DNA of 64,000 nt from Tubulanus polymorphus (taxonomy: Eukaryota; Animalia; Nemertea). Shown piece by piece: positions 1 through 11,718 of this stretch. How positions within the stretch are numbered: position 1 is the first letter of the stretch; each line of letters begins with the position of its first letter. The notes beneath the pieces were generated by a model. It was not told where the DNA came from. It searched no databases and was given only the letters and a program-made list of their open reading frames with translations. The stretch covers positions 16,046,275 to 16,110,274 of the forward strand of contig NC_134032.1 in NCBI RefSeq assembly GCF_964204645.1. Direction: 5' to 3'. A program made the translations under genes and the position numbers.

Positions 1-168
1 GCGTAGAAGTATCCTTTTAGAAATAACCCTCCCTCCCCGCCCCCACCCCGCATGTCTTCAGAACAGATTCCCAGGTTCCCTTAAAATCCTTCTGAAAATA
101 TCCCCGGGATGCCTTGCATGAATTCTTTTAAGAAGATGCCCCCTTCCATCATCAGAGCAGATGCCCTG

Positions 169-306
169 GGGCTGGTTCCTTGGTTGAGATTTAAGTCCAA
201 GAATGGTCTTAGATTTTAAGACTGGTCTTAAGTTGTTAGATTGGTTATAGAACTGAGATGGTCTTAGATTGGTCTTAAGTCGAAGCCATGACTATGGAAC
301 TGGTCC
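169..306. mobile_element. MITE family A (~140 bp, PIF/Harbinger-like)
   Basis: Internal GGTCTTAAGTTGTTAGATTGG.TATAGAACT core; imperfect TIRs GGGCTGGTTCC / GGAACTGGTCC; same family at 8996, 31416, 47133, 47731, 47871, 59804. Confidence 0.75.
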
Positions 307-935
307 CTAGTACCCTGAAGTTTGTTTTAACAAGGTTTGCACTGAAGCCTTCTAGAAGTGCCCCATCTCCTAAATATCGTTGACAATGTTACAATGATCA
401 GTTGTTTTTAATCTATGACCTCTACAAAATTCAGCTAATTTTTTTATCTTAACTACAATAAAACAGTGGTGGTGTTTGACGCGCGGTGAGACCAACTTCA
501 CGCCAGAAACTGAATAAACTCTACATTGCATTTTTCCTACGAATGTTTTTATTTGTAAAAAAAAATCGAAATAAAACCAAAGCAGAAAATAATTAAAATT
601 TGAATAACGTTTTTGTTTACTCAAAACGAGAGGATTGTTTCTTGTTGTTAAGTCATGTTACCTCGCAGAGTTGAGACCGGTTCGTTCGAGTAACCTGACG
701 ATACACACGCGCACACAAACACACTGACCGGTATCAAGAGTCCCACATTTTTGCGAAGTCCCCATTATGGAAACTTCAATGCCAACGACCTAGAGCTTAC
801 GACTAATCAATTTGAACAGAAGGGGGTGGTGTACGCAGCAACAATGTAACTTGTAATCCGTTTTTGAAATCTTCAGTAAAATATCGACCTAAATCTTAAC
901 CTTTGAATTCTTTGACGCATGGTTCGTGATTGGAG

Positions 936-1032
936 GTATATTAAGAGGACCAAAATAAATTCACAAACAGTTACAGTGCCAGTTATACGGAAATCCACAC
1001 GCACACACGCGCGTGGTCAACGTTTTGAAAAT
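936..1032 (+). promoter_or_regulatory. Putative TATA-like box and non-coding first exon of the prepropeptide gene
   Basis: GGTATATTAAGAGG at ~936; strong donor AT|GTAAGT with GT at 1033; next acceptor AAATCAG at 1540 lies directly before the ATG. Confidence 0.45.
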
Positions 1033-1541
1033 GTAAGTTTACGAAGCTATAAACGATTGAATTGAACAAAAATTGATAAAAAAGGCTAAAAGCAGTTGCG
1101 AAGATACTCGACATCCACCGCGTACCGGAGTAATCGCTCAATAGTTCAAAGATACGAAGTTGTTGAGTAAAGTAACCGAAAATTTGCTCAAAATATATAA
1201 AACCTTTAATTTAATCAACAACTTTACACTGAGTTATTGCGGGGTTTTTCTGAGTAAAGGCGTCTTTATAAATATCATTGGAAGTTTTCTTTGTTGCTTT
1301 CGTTATTTTCTTGTGTCACATGCGTGGAAAAATTGTTAATGTTGCAGAAATAATTTTGTAAATTTATTGTGGCTGTTCGTATGCGGCGTTTCAGCTTGAA
1401 AATGAAAAAATTGGGGATTTAGTTTGTTTGAAAGGGAAGATGTTTCCGGTAGTGCCCGTTTTAATGTGTATTCCCAAGAATTTCGATGATAAACTAGGAA
1501 TGCGTGATTATAATCAATATGATTTTTGTTTTAAAATCAGG

Positions 1542-2257
1542 ATGAAAGTTTCCATCACCATTGCTGTGATAAGTTTGACAGTTGTGTTCACCACTTCTTG
1601 GGCCACAGGTAAATTAGTTTATTATTCGGATCGTCTTTCGCGTGTTTACAACATGAATTCCTTGTTGATTGTTTTTATTTGATTTTATTCTCAGCCCCGG
1701 AAGAAACGACAGATGAGTTGAAAATGAAGCAGGCTGCGGCTGCTTGGTTGGATTTGACGAGACGCATTTCTGTCACCGTGCCGGCGGAAAACCGGCGTCT
1801 CGAAGCCTTGGAGGACCTGACGAGACGCGCCTCTGGTGAACCGCCGGAAGAAAATAGTCTCGAAGCCTTGGAGGACCTGGCGAGACACGCCTCTGGTGAA
1901 CCGCCGGAGGAAAATAGTCTCGAAGCCTTGGAGGACCTGACCAGACGCGCCTCTGGTCAACCGCCGGAGGAAAATAGTCTCGAAGCCTTGGAAGACCTGA
2001 CGAGACGCGCCTCTGGTCAACCGCCGGAGGAAAATAGTCTCGAAGCCTTGGAGGACCTGACGAGACGCGCCTGTGGTGAACCGCCGGAGGAAAATAGTCT
2101 CGAAGCCTTGGAGGACCTGGCGAGACGCGCCTCTGGTGAACCGCCGGAGGAAAACAGTCTCGACGACGGCGACGCGTTTCTCGCTTTGATCAACACGGCT
2201 ATCGACAACTTGAAACGGCGCAAGTCGTTGCAGAAACGTCAGTCTGGCAACGCTTAG
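1542..2257 (+). CDS. Secreted multi-copy prepropeptide (neuropeptide- or toxin-precursor architecture), unknown family
   Basis: Exons 1542-1608 (MKVSITIAVISLTVVFTTSWAT, signal-peptide-like, donor CAG|GTAAAT) and 1695-2257 (acceptor TTCTCAG), joined in phase 1. Six 60-nt repeats encode EALEDLT-RR-ASGEPPEENSL; C-terminal KRRK and KR sites; AATAAA at 2329. Confidence 0.8.
1801..2160 (+). repeat. Coding 60-bp tandem repeat x6
   Basis: Unit CGAAGCCTTGGAGGACCTGACGAGACGCGCCTCTGGTGAACCGCCGGAGGAAAATAGTCT with few substitutions. Confidence 0.95.
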
Positions 2258-3530
2258 CGGGGCCCCCAGTTGTCGATGGCCTGTTATGATTGCGACACCG
2301 GTGTTTGATAAACGTACTACATGTAACTAATAAATGACACTTTTTCAGTTTTTCTTTAAATTACCTTTTCATCGATAAATTTGAATCGATTCAGTTTTAT
2401 ATATACTTCAACATGTTATAGATAATCCGAGTTAGTATATTCTTCAATGGAGGCAAGAGGACTGGTCATATGTAAAGCTAATCGGCGACAATTAACCTCT
2501 GGCTTCCCTCAAATGGGACATTCTTCATTGAAATTGTATCAAAACTAAGCCAGCCCCGGCTGTCAAACTAGGCGGTAACGAAATGGCGATCATGAGAGTA
2601 GTTGCTGATACATAACATGACGAAATCCAGTAGACATTATTTGACTAATTAGAGTGCGGCCGATCTTAATTCAGGAAAGGGTAAAGTCGGGTTAGCTCAT
2701 TTCATTAGAGTAGAACAAATTTGGTACCCCGACTAGTGCGCCGACCACTGATCGATTCTTAACCAAAAGACTGGTAAACGTCATTGACGAATATTGGCGC
2801 CGATATAACGAACAACCGGATTTCGTTGACGTTATGGTGGAGGGCGAGAGAACGCCGGACAAAGTGAATTTAGCGGTTTTACGCATCCTCGCTTGCCAGG
2901 GGTCCGGTATCGCTCCCCCAAACTCCGCGGCGGATCCACAGTTTGGGGAACGACTTTAGCTTAGTGGGTTTCCAATCCCTTGGCGGGTTCGAATCCCGGG
3001 TAAAGATCGGAACGGAGATCATCTGGCGAGCTTTGACTGTATTCAAATTCAATTCAGATTTTATTGCTACCGCGTATTGAATTGAAATGTCCGACAGGGC
3101 GACGAAGTACTTCGTGCCATAATCTCGGCAATCTGTAGTAGAGGTGAATCTTCGTGATCTTTTCTGTTCGACTTTTTGATGTAAAGTAAATAATAAGAAC
3201 AGTAATTCCCCGCTGTACAGCGAAGCCTCTCTCTCACTGGATGAACGCAGTGACCAGTTGGACGAATTGACGCTTGTCTCGTACCGGCCTAAAACTCTTC
3301 ATCCAGAATTCAATAACAAGTTCAAGGTAGATATTTTGGAGAAACGCTTCGTCGCTAGTTAAACTTGTTGAGAAGAGAAGAGCAAGAGGCTTGCCTTTTA
3401 AAGGGATTTTTCTCAAGACACTCTCCTCCCTCCTCAGTTTCTGATGTAGATTCAAAAAGAAGTTTTAATCTAACGCGAGGCCTAAACATGTAATTTTACC
3501 ATACGATATTTAACCATATACGGCATAGTG

Positions 3531-3894
3531 TTTATTTCCGCTATTTTACTGTAATTAAAGTATTAACTAATTAATTAACAATAAAATCATTATATTGGGT
3601 TTAGGGTTTCGATAGGGTTAGTGTCGAGAGGGTGAGAAGAGGGTTCCGTATTACCCCTAGGGATAGGATTAGGGTAAGGTGAGGAACGGCCGACTGTCAG
3701 CGAGGACAGTGGTCTAGTGGTATGATGCTGCGCTAGTAATTTACTGGCCCGGGTTCGAGTCTCGCTCGATCCGCTCTATTTTTCTCTAACTCTGTTTTCC
3801 ACGCTTTCCTTGAATTTTCTAAAACACCTCCGTGCGCATGCGCAGCGTCAATCAGCCAATCAGTGACGATGTACGGTAAAATAGTGGAAATAAA
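3531..3894. mobile_element. Composite non-autonomous element with ~23-bp terminal inverted repeats enclosing TTAGGG-like repeats and a tRNA-like head
   Basis: TTTATTTCCGCTATTTTACTGTA (3531-3553) vs TACGGTAAAATAGTGGAAATAAA (3872-3894). Confidence 0.5.
3700..3770 (+). mobile_element. tRNA-derived SINE head / tRNA pseudogene
   Basis: A box TGGTCTAGTGG (3710-3720) and B box GGTTCGAGTC (~3752); cloverleaf stems imperfect; related copies at 17858-17920 and 25252-25312. Confidence 0.55.
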
Positions 3895-4009
3895 AAAGTG
3901 GGTACGATACTAAATTAACAATAAATACGCCAGCAGGCCGAACCAACAGATCTATTAGAGTAAGATGGCAGCCGGGAGCTGAGGATTGGGCCTTGCCCTA
4001 CCTAGGTAC

Positions 4010-7000
4010 CGCTGTATCAGGGTACCAGTAGCCTATCCATCAGTAGGCAGTACAGTGCTACTGCTGTATCACTGTACCAGTAGCCTATCCATCAGTAGGC
4101 AGTACAGTGCTACTGCTGTATCACTGTACCAGTAGCCTATCCACCAGTAGGCAGTACAGTGCTACTGCTGTATCACTGTACCAGTAGCCTATCCACCAGT
4201 AGGCAGTACAGTGCTACTGCTGTATCACTGTACCAGTAGCCTATCCACCAGTAGGCAGTACAGTGCTACTGCTGTATCACTGTACCAGTAGCCTATCCAT
4301 CAGTAGGCAGTACAGTGCTACTGCTGTATCAGGGTACCAGTAGCCTATCCATCAGTAGGCAGTACAGTGCTACTGCTGTATCACTGTACCAGTAGCCTAT
4401 CCATCAGTAGGCAGTACAGTGCTACTGCTGTATCACTGTACCAGTAGCCTATCCATCAGTAGGCAGTACAGTGCTACTGCTGTATCACTGTACCAGTAGC
4501 CTATCCATCAGTAGGCAGTACAGTGCTACTGCTGTATCACTGTACCAGTAGCCTATCCATCAGTAGGCAGTACAGTGCTACTGCTGTATCAGGGTACCAG
4601 TAGCCTATCCATCAGTAGGCAGTACAGTACTACTGCTGTATCAGGGTACCAGTAGCCTATCCATCGTAGGCAGTACAGTGCTACTGCTGTATCAGGGTAC
4701 CAGTAGCCTATCCATCAGTAGGCAGTACAGTGCTACTGCTGTATCACTGTACCAGTAGCCTATCCATCAGTAGGCAGTACAGTGCTACTGCTGTATCACT
4801 GTACCAGTAGCCTATCCATCAGTAGGCAGTACAGTGCTACTGCTGTATCACTGTACCAGTAGCCTATCCATCGTAGGCAGTACAGTGCTACTGCTGTATC
4901 AGGGTACCAGTAGCCTATCCATCAGTAGGCAGTACAGTGCTACTGCTGTATCACTGTACCAGTAGCCTATCCATCAGTAGGCAGTACAGTGCTACTGCTG
5001 TATCACTGTACCAGTAACCTATCCATCAGTAGGCAGTACAGTGCTACTGCTGTATCACTGTACCAGTAGCCTATCCAGCAGTAGGCAGTACAGTGCTACT
5101 GCTGTATCACTGTACCAGTAGCCTATCCATCAGTAGGCAGTACAGTGCTACTGCTGTATCACTGTACCAGTAGCCTATCTATCAGTAGGCAGTACAGTGC
5201 TACTGCTGTATCACTGTACCAGTAGCCTATCCACCAGTAGGCAGTACAGTGCTACTGCTGTATCACTGTACCAGTTGCCTATCCATCAGTAGGCAGTACA
5301 GTGCTACTGCTGTATCACTGTACCAGTAGCCTATCCATCAGTAGGCAGTACAGTGCTACTGCTGTATCAGGGTACCAGTAGCCTATCCATCAGTAGGCAG
5401 TACAGTGCTACTGCTGTATCAGGGTACCAGTAGCATATCCATCAGTAGGCAGTACAGTGCTACTGCTGTATCACTGTACCAGTAGCCTATCCATCAGTAG
5501 GCAGTACAGTGCTACTGCTGTATCACTGTACCAGTAGCCTATCCGTCAGTAGGCAGTACAGTGCTACTGCTGTATCACTGTACCAGTAGCCTATCCATCA
5601 GTAGGCAGTACAGTGCTATTGCTGTATCAGGGTACCAGTAGCCTATCCATCAGTAGGCAGTACAGTACTACTGCTGTATCAGGGTACCAGTAGCCTATCC
5701 ATCGTAGGCAGTACAGTGCTACTGCTGTATCAGGGTACCAGTAGCCTATTCATCAGTAGGCAGTACAGTGCTACTGCTGTATCACTGTACCAGTAGCCTA
5801 TCCATCAGTAGGCAGTACAGTGCTACTGCTGTATCACTGTACCAGTAGCCTATCCATCGTAGGCAGTACAGTGCTACTGCTGTATCAGGGTACCAGTAGC
5901 CTATCCATCAGTAGGCAGTACAGTGCTACTGCTGTATCACTGTACCAGTAGCCTATCTATCAGTAGGCAGTACAGTGCTACTGCTGTATCACTGTACCAG
6001 TAGCCTATCCATCAGTAGGCAGTACAGTGCTACTGCTGTATCAGTGTACCAGTAGCCTATCCATCAGTAGGCAGTACAGTGCTACTGCTGTATCAGTGTA
6101 CCAGTAACCTATCCATCAGTAGGCAGTACAGTGCTACTGCTGTATCACTGTACCAGTTACCTATCCATCAGTAGGCAGTACAGTGCTACTGCTGTATCAC
6201 TGTACCAGTAGCCTATCCATCAGTAGGCAGTACAGTGCTACTGCTGTATCAGGGTACCAGTAGCCTATCCATCGTAGGCAGTACAGTGCTACTGCTGTAT
6301 CAGGGTACCAGTAGCCTATTCATCAGTAGGCAGTACAGTGCTACTGCTGTATCACTGTACCAGTAGCCTATCCATCAGTAGGCAGTACAGTGCTACTGCT
6401 GTATCAGGGTACCAGTAGCCTATCCATCAGTAGGCAGTACAGTGCTACTGCTGTATCACTGTACCAGTAGCCTATCCATCGTAGGCAGTACAGTGCTACT
6501 GCTGTATCAGGGTACCAGTAGCCTATTCATCAGTAGGCAGTACAGTGCTACTGCTGTATCACTGTACCAGTAGCCTATCCATCAGTAGGCAGTACAGTGC
6601 TACTGCTGTATCACTGTACCAGTAGCCTATCCATCATAGGCAGTACAGTGCTACTGCTGTATCAGGGTACCAGTAGCCTATCCATCAGTAGGCAGTACAG
6701 TGCTACTGCTGTATCACTGTACCAGTAGCCTATCTATCAGTAGGCAGTACAGTGCTACTGCTGTATCACTGTACCAGTAGCCTATCCATCAGTAGGCAGT
6801 ACAGTGCTACTGCTGTATCAGTGTACCAGTAGCCTATCCATCAGTAGGCAGTACAGTGCTACTGCTGTATCAGTGTACCAGTAACCTATCCATCAGTAGG
6901 CAGTACAGTGCTACTGCTGTATCACTGTACCAGTTACCTATCCATCAGTAGGCAGTACAGTGCTACTGCTGTATCACTGTACCAGTAGCCTATCCATCAG

Positions 7001-7944
7001 TAGGCAGTACAGTGCTACTGCTGTATCAGGGTACCAGTAGCCTATCCATCGTAGGCAGTACAGTGCTACTGCTGTATCAGGGTACCAGTAGCCTATTCAT
7101 CAGTAGGCAGTACAGTGCTACTGCTGTATCACTGTACCAGTAGCCTATCCATCAGTAGGCAGTACAGTGCTACTGCTGTATCAGGGTACCAGTAGCCTAT
7201 CCATCAGTAGGCAGTACAGTGCTACTGCTGTATCACTGTACCAGTAGCCTATCCATCGTAGGCAGTACAGTGCTACTGCTGTATCAGGGTACCAGTAGCC
7301 TATCCATCAGTAGGCAGTACAGTGCTACTGCTGTATCACTGTACCAGTAGCCTATCTATCAGTAGGCAGTACAGTGCTACTGCTGTATCAGGGTACCAGT
7401 AGCCTATCCATCAGTAGGCAGTACAGTGCTACTGCTGTATCACTGTACCAGTAGCCTATCCATCAGTAGGCAGTACAGTGCTACTGCTGTATCAGGGTAC
7501 CAGTAGCCTATCCATCGTAGGCAGTACAGTGCTACTGCTGTATCAGGGTACCAGTAGCCTATTCATCAGTAGGCAGTACAGTGCTACTGCTGTATCACTG
7601 TACCAGTAGCCTATCCATCAGTAGGCAGTACAGTGCTACTGCTGTATCAGGGTACCAGTAGCCTATCCATCAGTAGGCAGTACAGTGCTACTGCTGTATC
7701 ACTGTACCAGTAGCCTATCCATCGTAGGCAGTACAGTGCTACTGCTGTATCAGGGTACCAGTAGCCTATCCATCAGTAGGCAGTACAGTGCTACTGCTGT
7801 ATCACTGTACCAGTAGCCTATCTATCAGTAGGCAGTACAGTGCTACTGCTGTATCAGGGTACCAGTAGCCTATCCATCAGTAGGCAGTACAGTGCTACTG
7901 CTGTATCACTGTACCAGTAGCCTATCCATTAGTAGGCAGTACAG
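4010..7944. repeat. 52-bp satellite, ~75 copies, with higher-order variant structure
   Basis: Unit CAGTAGCCTATCCATCAGTAGGCAGTACAGTGCTACTGCTGTATCACTGTAC (period 52, e.g. 4026 and 4078); variants CAGGGTAC, CAGTGTAC and a 1-nt deletion. Confidence 0.97.
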
Positions 7945-8133
7945 GCATCAGTCACATAAAGCTGGGGTCCAACTCACTGTTCTATCAATGTAAGCTGTAG
8001 TGTCAAACAAACATGAAGATTTGATAATATTTCAGCGATCCAAGACTGATGGACAGACGGACAGACTCTTACGGACAGCAGTGACAGCCAGTCAGTCAGT
8101 TACTACTAACACAACAATGTTGTGTACGTCACT

Positions 8134-10546
8134 ATGACAACTGAAACAAATGTGACTAAAAACGAGGTAGCGGTAAACCCTCATTTTCACTCCCCACTCT
8201 CTCCCCTCCCCACTCTCTCCCCTCCCCATACCCACTCTCTCCCCTCCCCACTCACTACCCCTCCCCCTCCCCACTCTCTCCCCTCCCCACTCTCCCCATC
8301 TCTCTATGTCGTGGTTTTCACTTTCTGAAAATGAAGAATCGCTTTTTTGTGCATGCTTTATCCTGTTGAGGATTCTGCAGTTTACTGTGGCAAGTGTAGA
8401 ACCACCAGGTGTCGCTAGTGAGCATTAGGACTATGATATTGGATTACTTCTCAGAATCAGTTGAGTTCATTGATCATCGTTCTTAAACATCAATTTGAGT
8501 TTGTCTTGTCAGACGTGCAGCGACGCCGCGGGATGCTCAAAATACTACATGTAATTTTATTAAGAATTAACTACATTTTGGTTGATGTCCTACTGTTAGG
8601 CACGCCATCTGGTGGGAAAACTGGTTATTCGAGGTGCGCCATCTGGTGGTTTAGTCGGTAGTTCACATATGAGAAACATCGCTTTTGTATGCTCTGTTTT
8701 TATTGCTACAATGGAACTTTGTAACGACAAATTTCAGGGCACCAGAAAATGTTGTTTGTTAAAACTGAAAGTTTGTTGTTTATTCAGTACGAAGCTTGAT
8801 TCGGCTTGTTTTAAACTCTAGGTGTATAGTGTGGTTTGTTTTACTCTAGGTGTATAGTGTGGTTTGTTTTACTCCAGGTGTATAGTGTGGTAGTTTAGTG
8901 TGGTTCGTTTATGTCGTGAAGACAAATTTCAAAAAAGAAAGAAATTTCTTATTCTTCTGTTACTAGTTTTAGTTCGGTAGTCTCTTAATAATCTGGTGCC
9001 GGTTCCATAAAAAAGTGGTCTTAAATCTTAAAACTGGTCTTAAGTTGTTAGATTAGCTATAGAACTAAGTTGGTCTTAGAACGGTCTTAAGTCTAAGTCT
9101 TGTCTATGGAACTGGTCCCCGTCGTTAAACAACCGTTGAAAGTCATAGAGATTCCGTGAAATCCGGATTCAATATAGAGTGGGTTATCAGCGGGGTCGGT
9201 CGTTGAAAAGTTGGTTAGAAGGTTTTAAGGTAAGAAATCCGCGAAGAGTCGACACTTAAACCTACTAGACCGTGTAATTTATTGAATGGTTTAGTTAATA
9301 CTGTAACCAACTTCTCAGCTACTGACCTGCAGCCCCTGAGTGTCAACATTTATACAGAGGGAACCTCGATACAACAGACTTCAGGGCGTGAGAAAATCTG
9401 TTCGTTATAACCGATAGTTTGTTATATCTAGTATGAAAGTAATCGATTTTTCTAACTTGATACGAAATTCTATATTTGTTATATCTGAAAAATGGTCTAA
9501 TGCGAGTTCGTTATAACGAGGTTCCGCTGTATTTATGAATTCATTTAAGAATTTAATTCTATACGGGCCTACCCCTGTTCCAATTGACAAATGGGTTACA
9601 AAAATACATAATCTATCATTCTCAATGTTTACTTATTTCGTTGGAAAGGATGAAAAACTAGAGACGATGTCAGAAATGGAAGCCGAGATGAACGTCGATG
9701 AGTTTATAACGTCCGGACGAACCGGCCGTCGGAACGCGATGCCTAACGTACTCGATGAAAATCATCTGAAAGTTGGAATCGGCAATCTACCATTTGATCT
9801 CGAGAAATTAAACTGTACAGGTAATTACTGTCAACCCCCCATCAACCTGGCTCCCTCTCTACCCTGTCTCCCTCTCACCCTTGTCTTCCCCTCAACCCTG
9901 CCTCCCTCTCACCCCCTCACCCCTGCCTTCCCCATCAACCCTGCCTCCCTCTCACCCCCTCACCCCTGCCTTCCCCATCAACCCTGCCTCCCTCTCACCC
10001 CCTCACCCCTGCCTTCCCCTCACCCCTGCCTTATCCTCACCCCCTCACTCCTGCCTCCCTCTCACCCCCTCAACCCTTCCTCCCTCTCACCCCCTCACCC
10101 CTGCCTTATCCTCACCCCCTCACTCCTGCCTCCCTCTCACCCCCTCAACCCTTCCTCTCACCCCCTCACCCCTGCCTTATCCTCACCCCTCACTCCTGCC
10201 TCCCTCTCACCCCCTCAACCCTTCCTCCCTCTCACCCCTCACTCCTGCCTCCCTCTCACCCCCTCAACCCTTCCTCCCTCTCACCCCCTCACCCCTGCCT
10301 TATCCTCACCCCCTCACTCCTGCCTTATCCTCACCCCCTCACTCCTGCCTCCCTCTCACCCTCTCACCCCCTCAACCCTTCCTCCCTCTCACCCCTCACT
10401 CCTGCCTTCCCCTCACCCCTGCCTCCCCCTTGGCCATCTTAAATTTTCTGAAATCTTATTTTTCTCATGCAGATGACGAACAACACAAGTCCAATCAAGC
10501 GTGTTCCGATCCACAAAATAAACCGGATAATTCTAAAGGATCGTAG
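8134..10546 (+). CDS. PKI: cAMP-dependent protein kinase inhibitor (PKI family)
   Basis: Exon 9649-9820 encodes EFITSGRTGRRNAM (PKI pseudosubstrate) and LPFDLEKLNC (NES-like); phase-1 join to exon 10473-10546 (DDEQHKSNQACSDPQNKPDNSKGS*). Upstream coding piece 8134-8166 (MTTETNVTKNE|GTAG) joins in phase 0 but is less certain; alternative start ATG 9667. Confidence 0.88.
8402..8649. promoter_or_regulatory. Cluster of three CTCF-like motifs
   Basis: CCACCAGGTGTCGCT (+, 8402); CCACCAGATGGCGT (-, 8602-8615); CCACCAGATGGCGC (-, 8636-8649). Confidence 0.5.
8996..9118. mobile_element. MITE family A copy
   Basis: Same internal core; GCCGGTTCCATA ... TATGGAACTGGTCC termini. Confidence 0.75.
9355..9529. 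mobile_element. Tc1/mariner-type MITE (TA target duplication)
   Basis: TA-CAGAGGGAACCTCGATACAAC ... GTTATAACGAGGTTCCGCTG-TA; related copy at 14426-14641. Confidence 0.65.
9830..10430. repeat. C/T-rich low-complexity minisatellite in PKI intron
   Basis: Shuffled CCCTCACCCCTGCCT / CCTCCCTCTCACCC modules; source of spurious Pro/Leu/Ser ORFs. Confidence 0.9.
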
Positions 10547-11718
10547 CAGTTTAAATCTCAACAATGCAGTCAGTTCGTACAGCTGTGTCTCTCGGGGCAA
10601 CAACTTTAACCCTTTGATCAGCGATTATGAACGTAATCCACTCGGATCGGGGGCGGAGTTATAATGTGTCACTCATGGAAAAAATGGGAGGAGTTTATCG
10701 CCTGTTTCTAATTTCTTTAGCTATCGATTAAAGCAATAATGGAACCATCGTGTTCCTGTGTGTGACATCATCGTTTCGCGTGTGTGACATCATCAATTCG
10801 CGTGTCCTCGTGAGTTCGGAAGTGATTTTATCTCGATGTTGAAAACAAGCAAAAACTGTGCAATAAATCTCATGAATTTAATGATCTATGCTTCATATGC
10901 ATTTCGTACTGTGTCTGTTTCCATAACAGTTATACCCCTCAATTCGTCGCCCCCTCACATTGGTCCTCACCTCACTCCCTCACCACTCATGAGCCCTCGC
11001 CACTGGCCGTGTGCTGTCTACAACTGTATCTGTAGGTGAATGTTTGAGAAAACCTACATCAGGGATGGGTTTCATAGATGTGGAAGAAAAATAGTCCCCG
11101 GGAACATTTTAAAATTTGTCAGTTATAACCATGGTTTCTCATTGTAACTATGGTGGTTGTTACCCAGATTGACGATTTACCCGTAGGGATAACTTTGATA
11201 CTCAGTCTATGAAACCGGGCCCTGCTGTTTATTCTACACCCGGTAAACACACCGGGCTCCTCTACAAATATCTACACGTCGTAGAAATGAGGTATTTTCT
11301 GCCTCAAATTATTTGCTAATCGCTGCATTATGTTCTTCAATTAAGCGTCATTTTAGAAATGACGAAAATATGTCGTAGCATTAATTAATTGTGTTCATAT
11401 AAATTTGTTGTTATATCGTTTAATTGTACTGGTCATCCTTCCAGTAACGTCCGTTCTGATTGGCTCGTTGACAAGAAATTGTCGTATAAAGCGACCAATC
11501 GGAATTAGTCGAAATCTCGGCGGTTTTCACGTAAAATAGATAGGATTATCGAATTTGTCTCGAAGCGCCGTGCCAGTTTGTGGCATGAGTTTTGTCTTTA
11601 GATTAATGCCATTTTAAATTGATGCAGAAAATGTATAAATCGCAATCAATGAATTTATAAAGTTTCACTACAGTAGAATTGTATAATAGGGTGTAATGAT
11701 GATTTACAGGATTTACTG

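Noticed and set aside
3700-3770. Functional tRNA genes here and at 17858 and 25252
   Set aside because: A and B boxes are present but acceptor, anticodon and T stems do not pair properly; treated as SINE heads or pseudogenes.
4010-7944. 52-bp array as a CRISPR array or hammerhead array
   Set aside because: No unique spacers, no cas genes, eukaryotic context; the minus strand has CTGATGGA but no CUGANGA/GAAA core.
9821-10472. 313-aa and 221-aa Pro/Leu/Ser ORFs
   Set aside because: Read-through of a C/T-rich intron bounded by GT (9821) and AG (10472); only the flanking PKI exons look coding.
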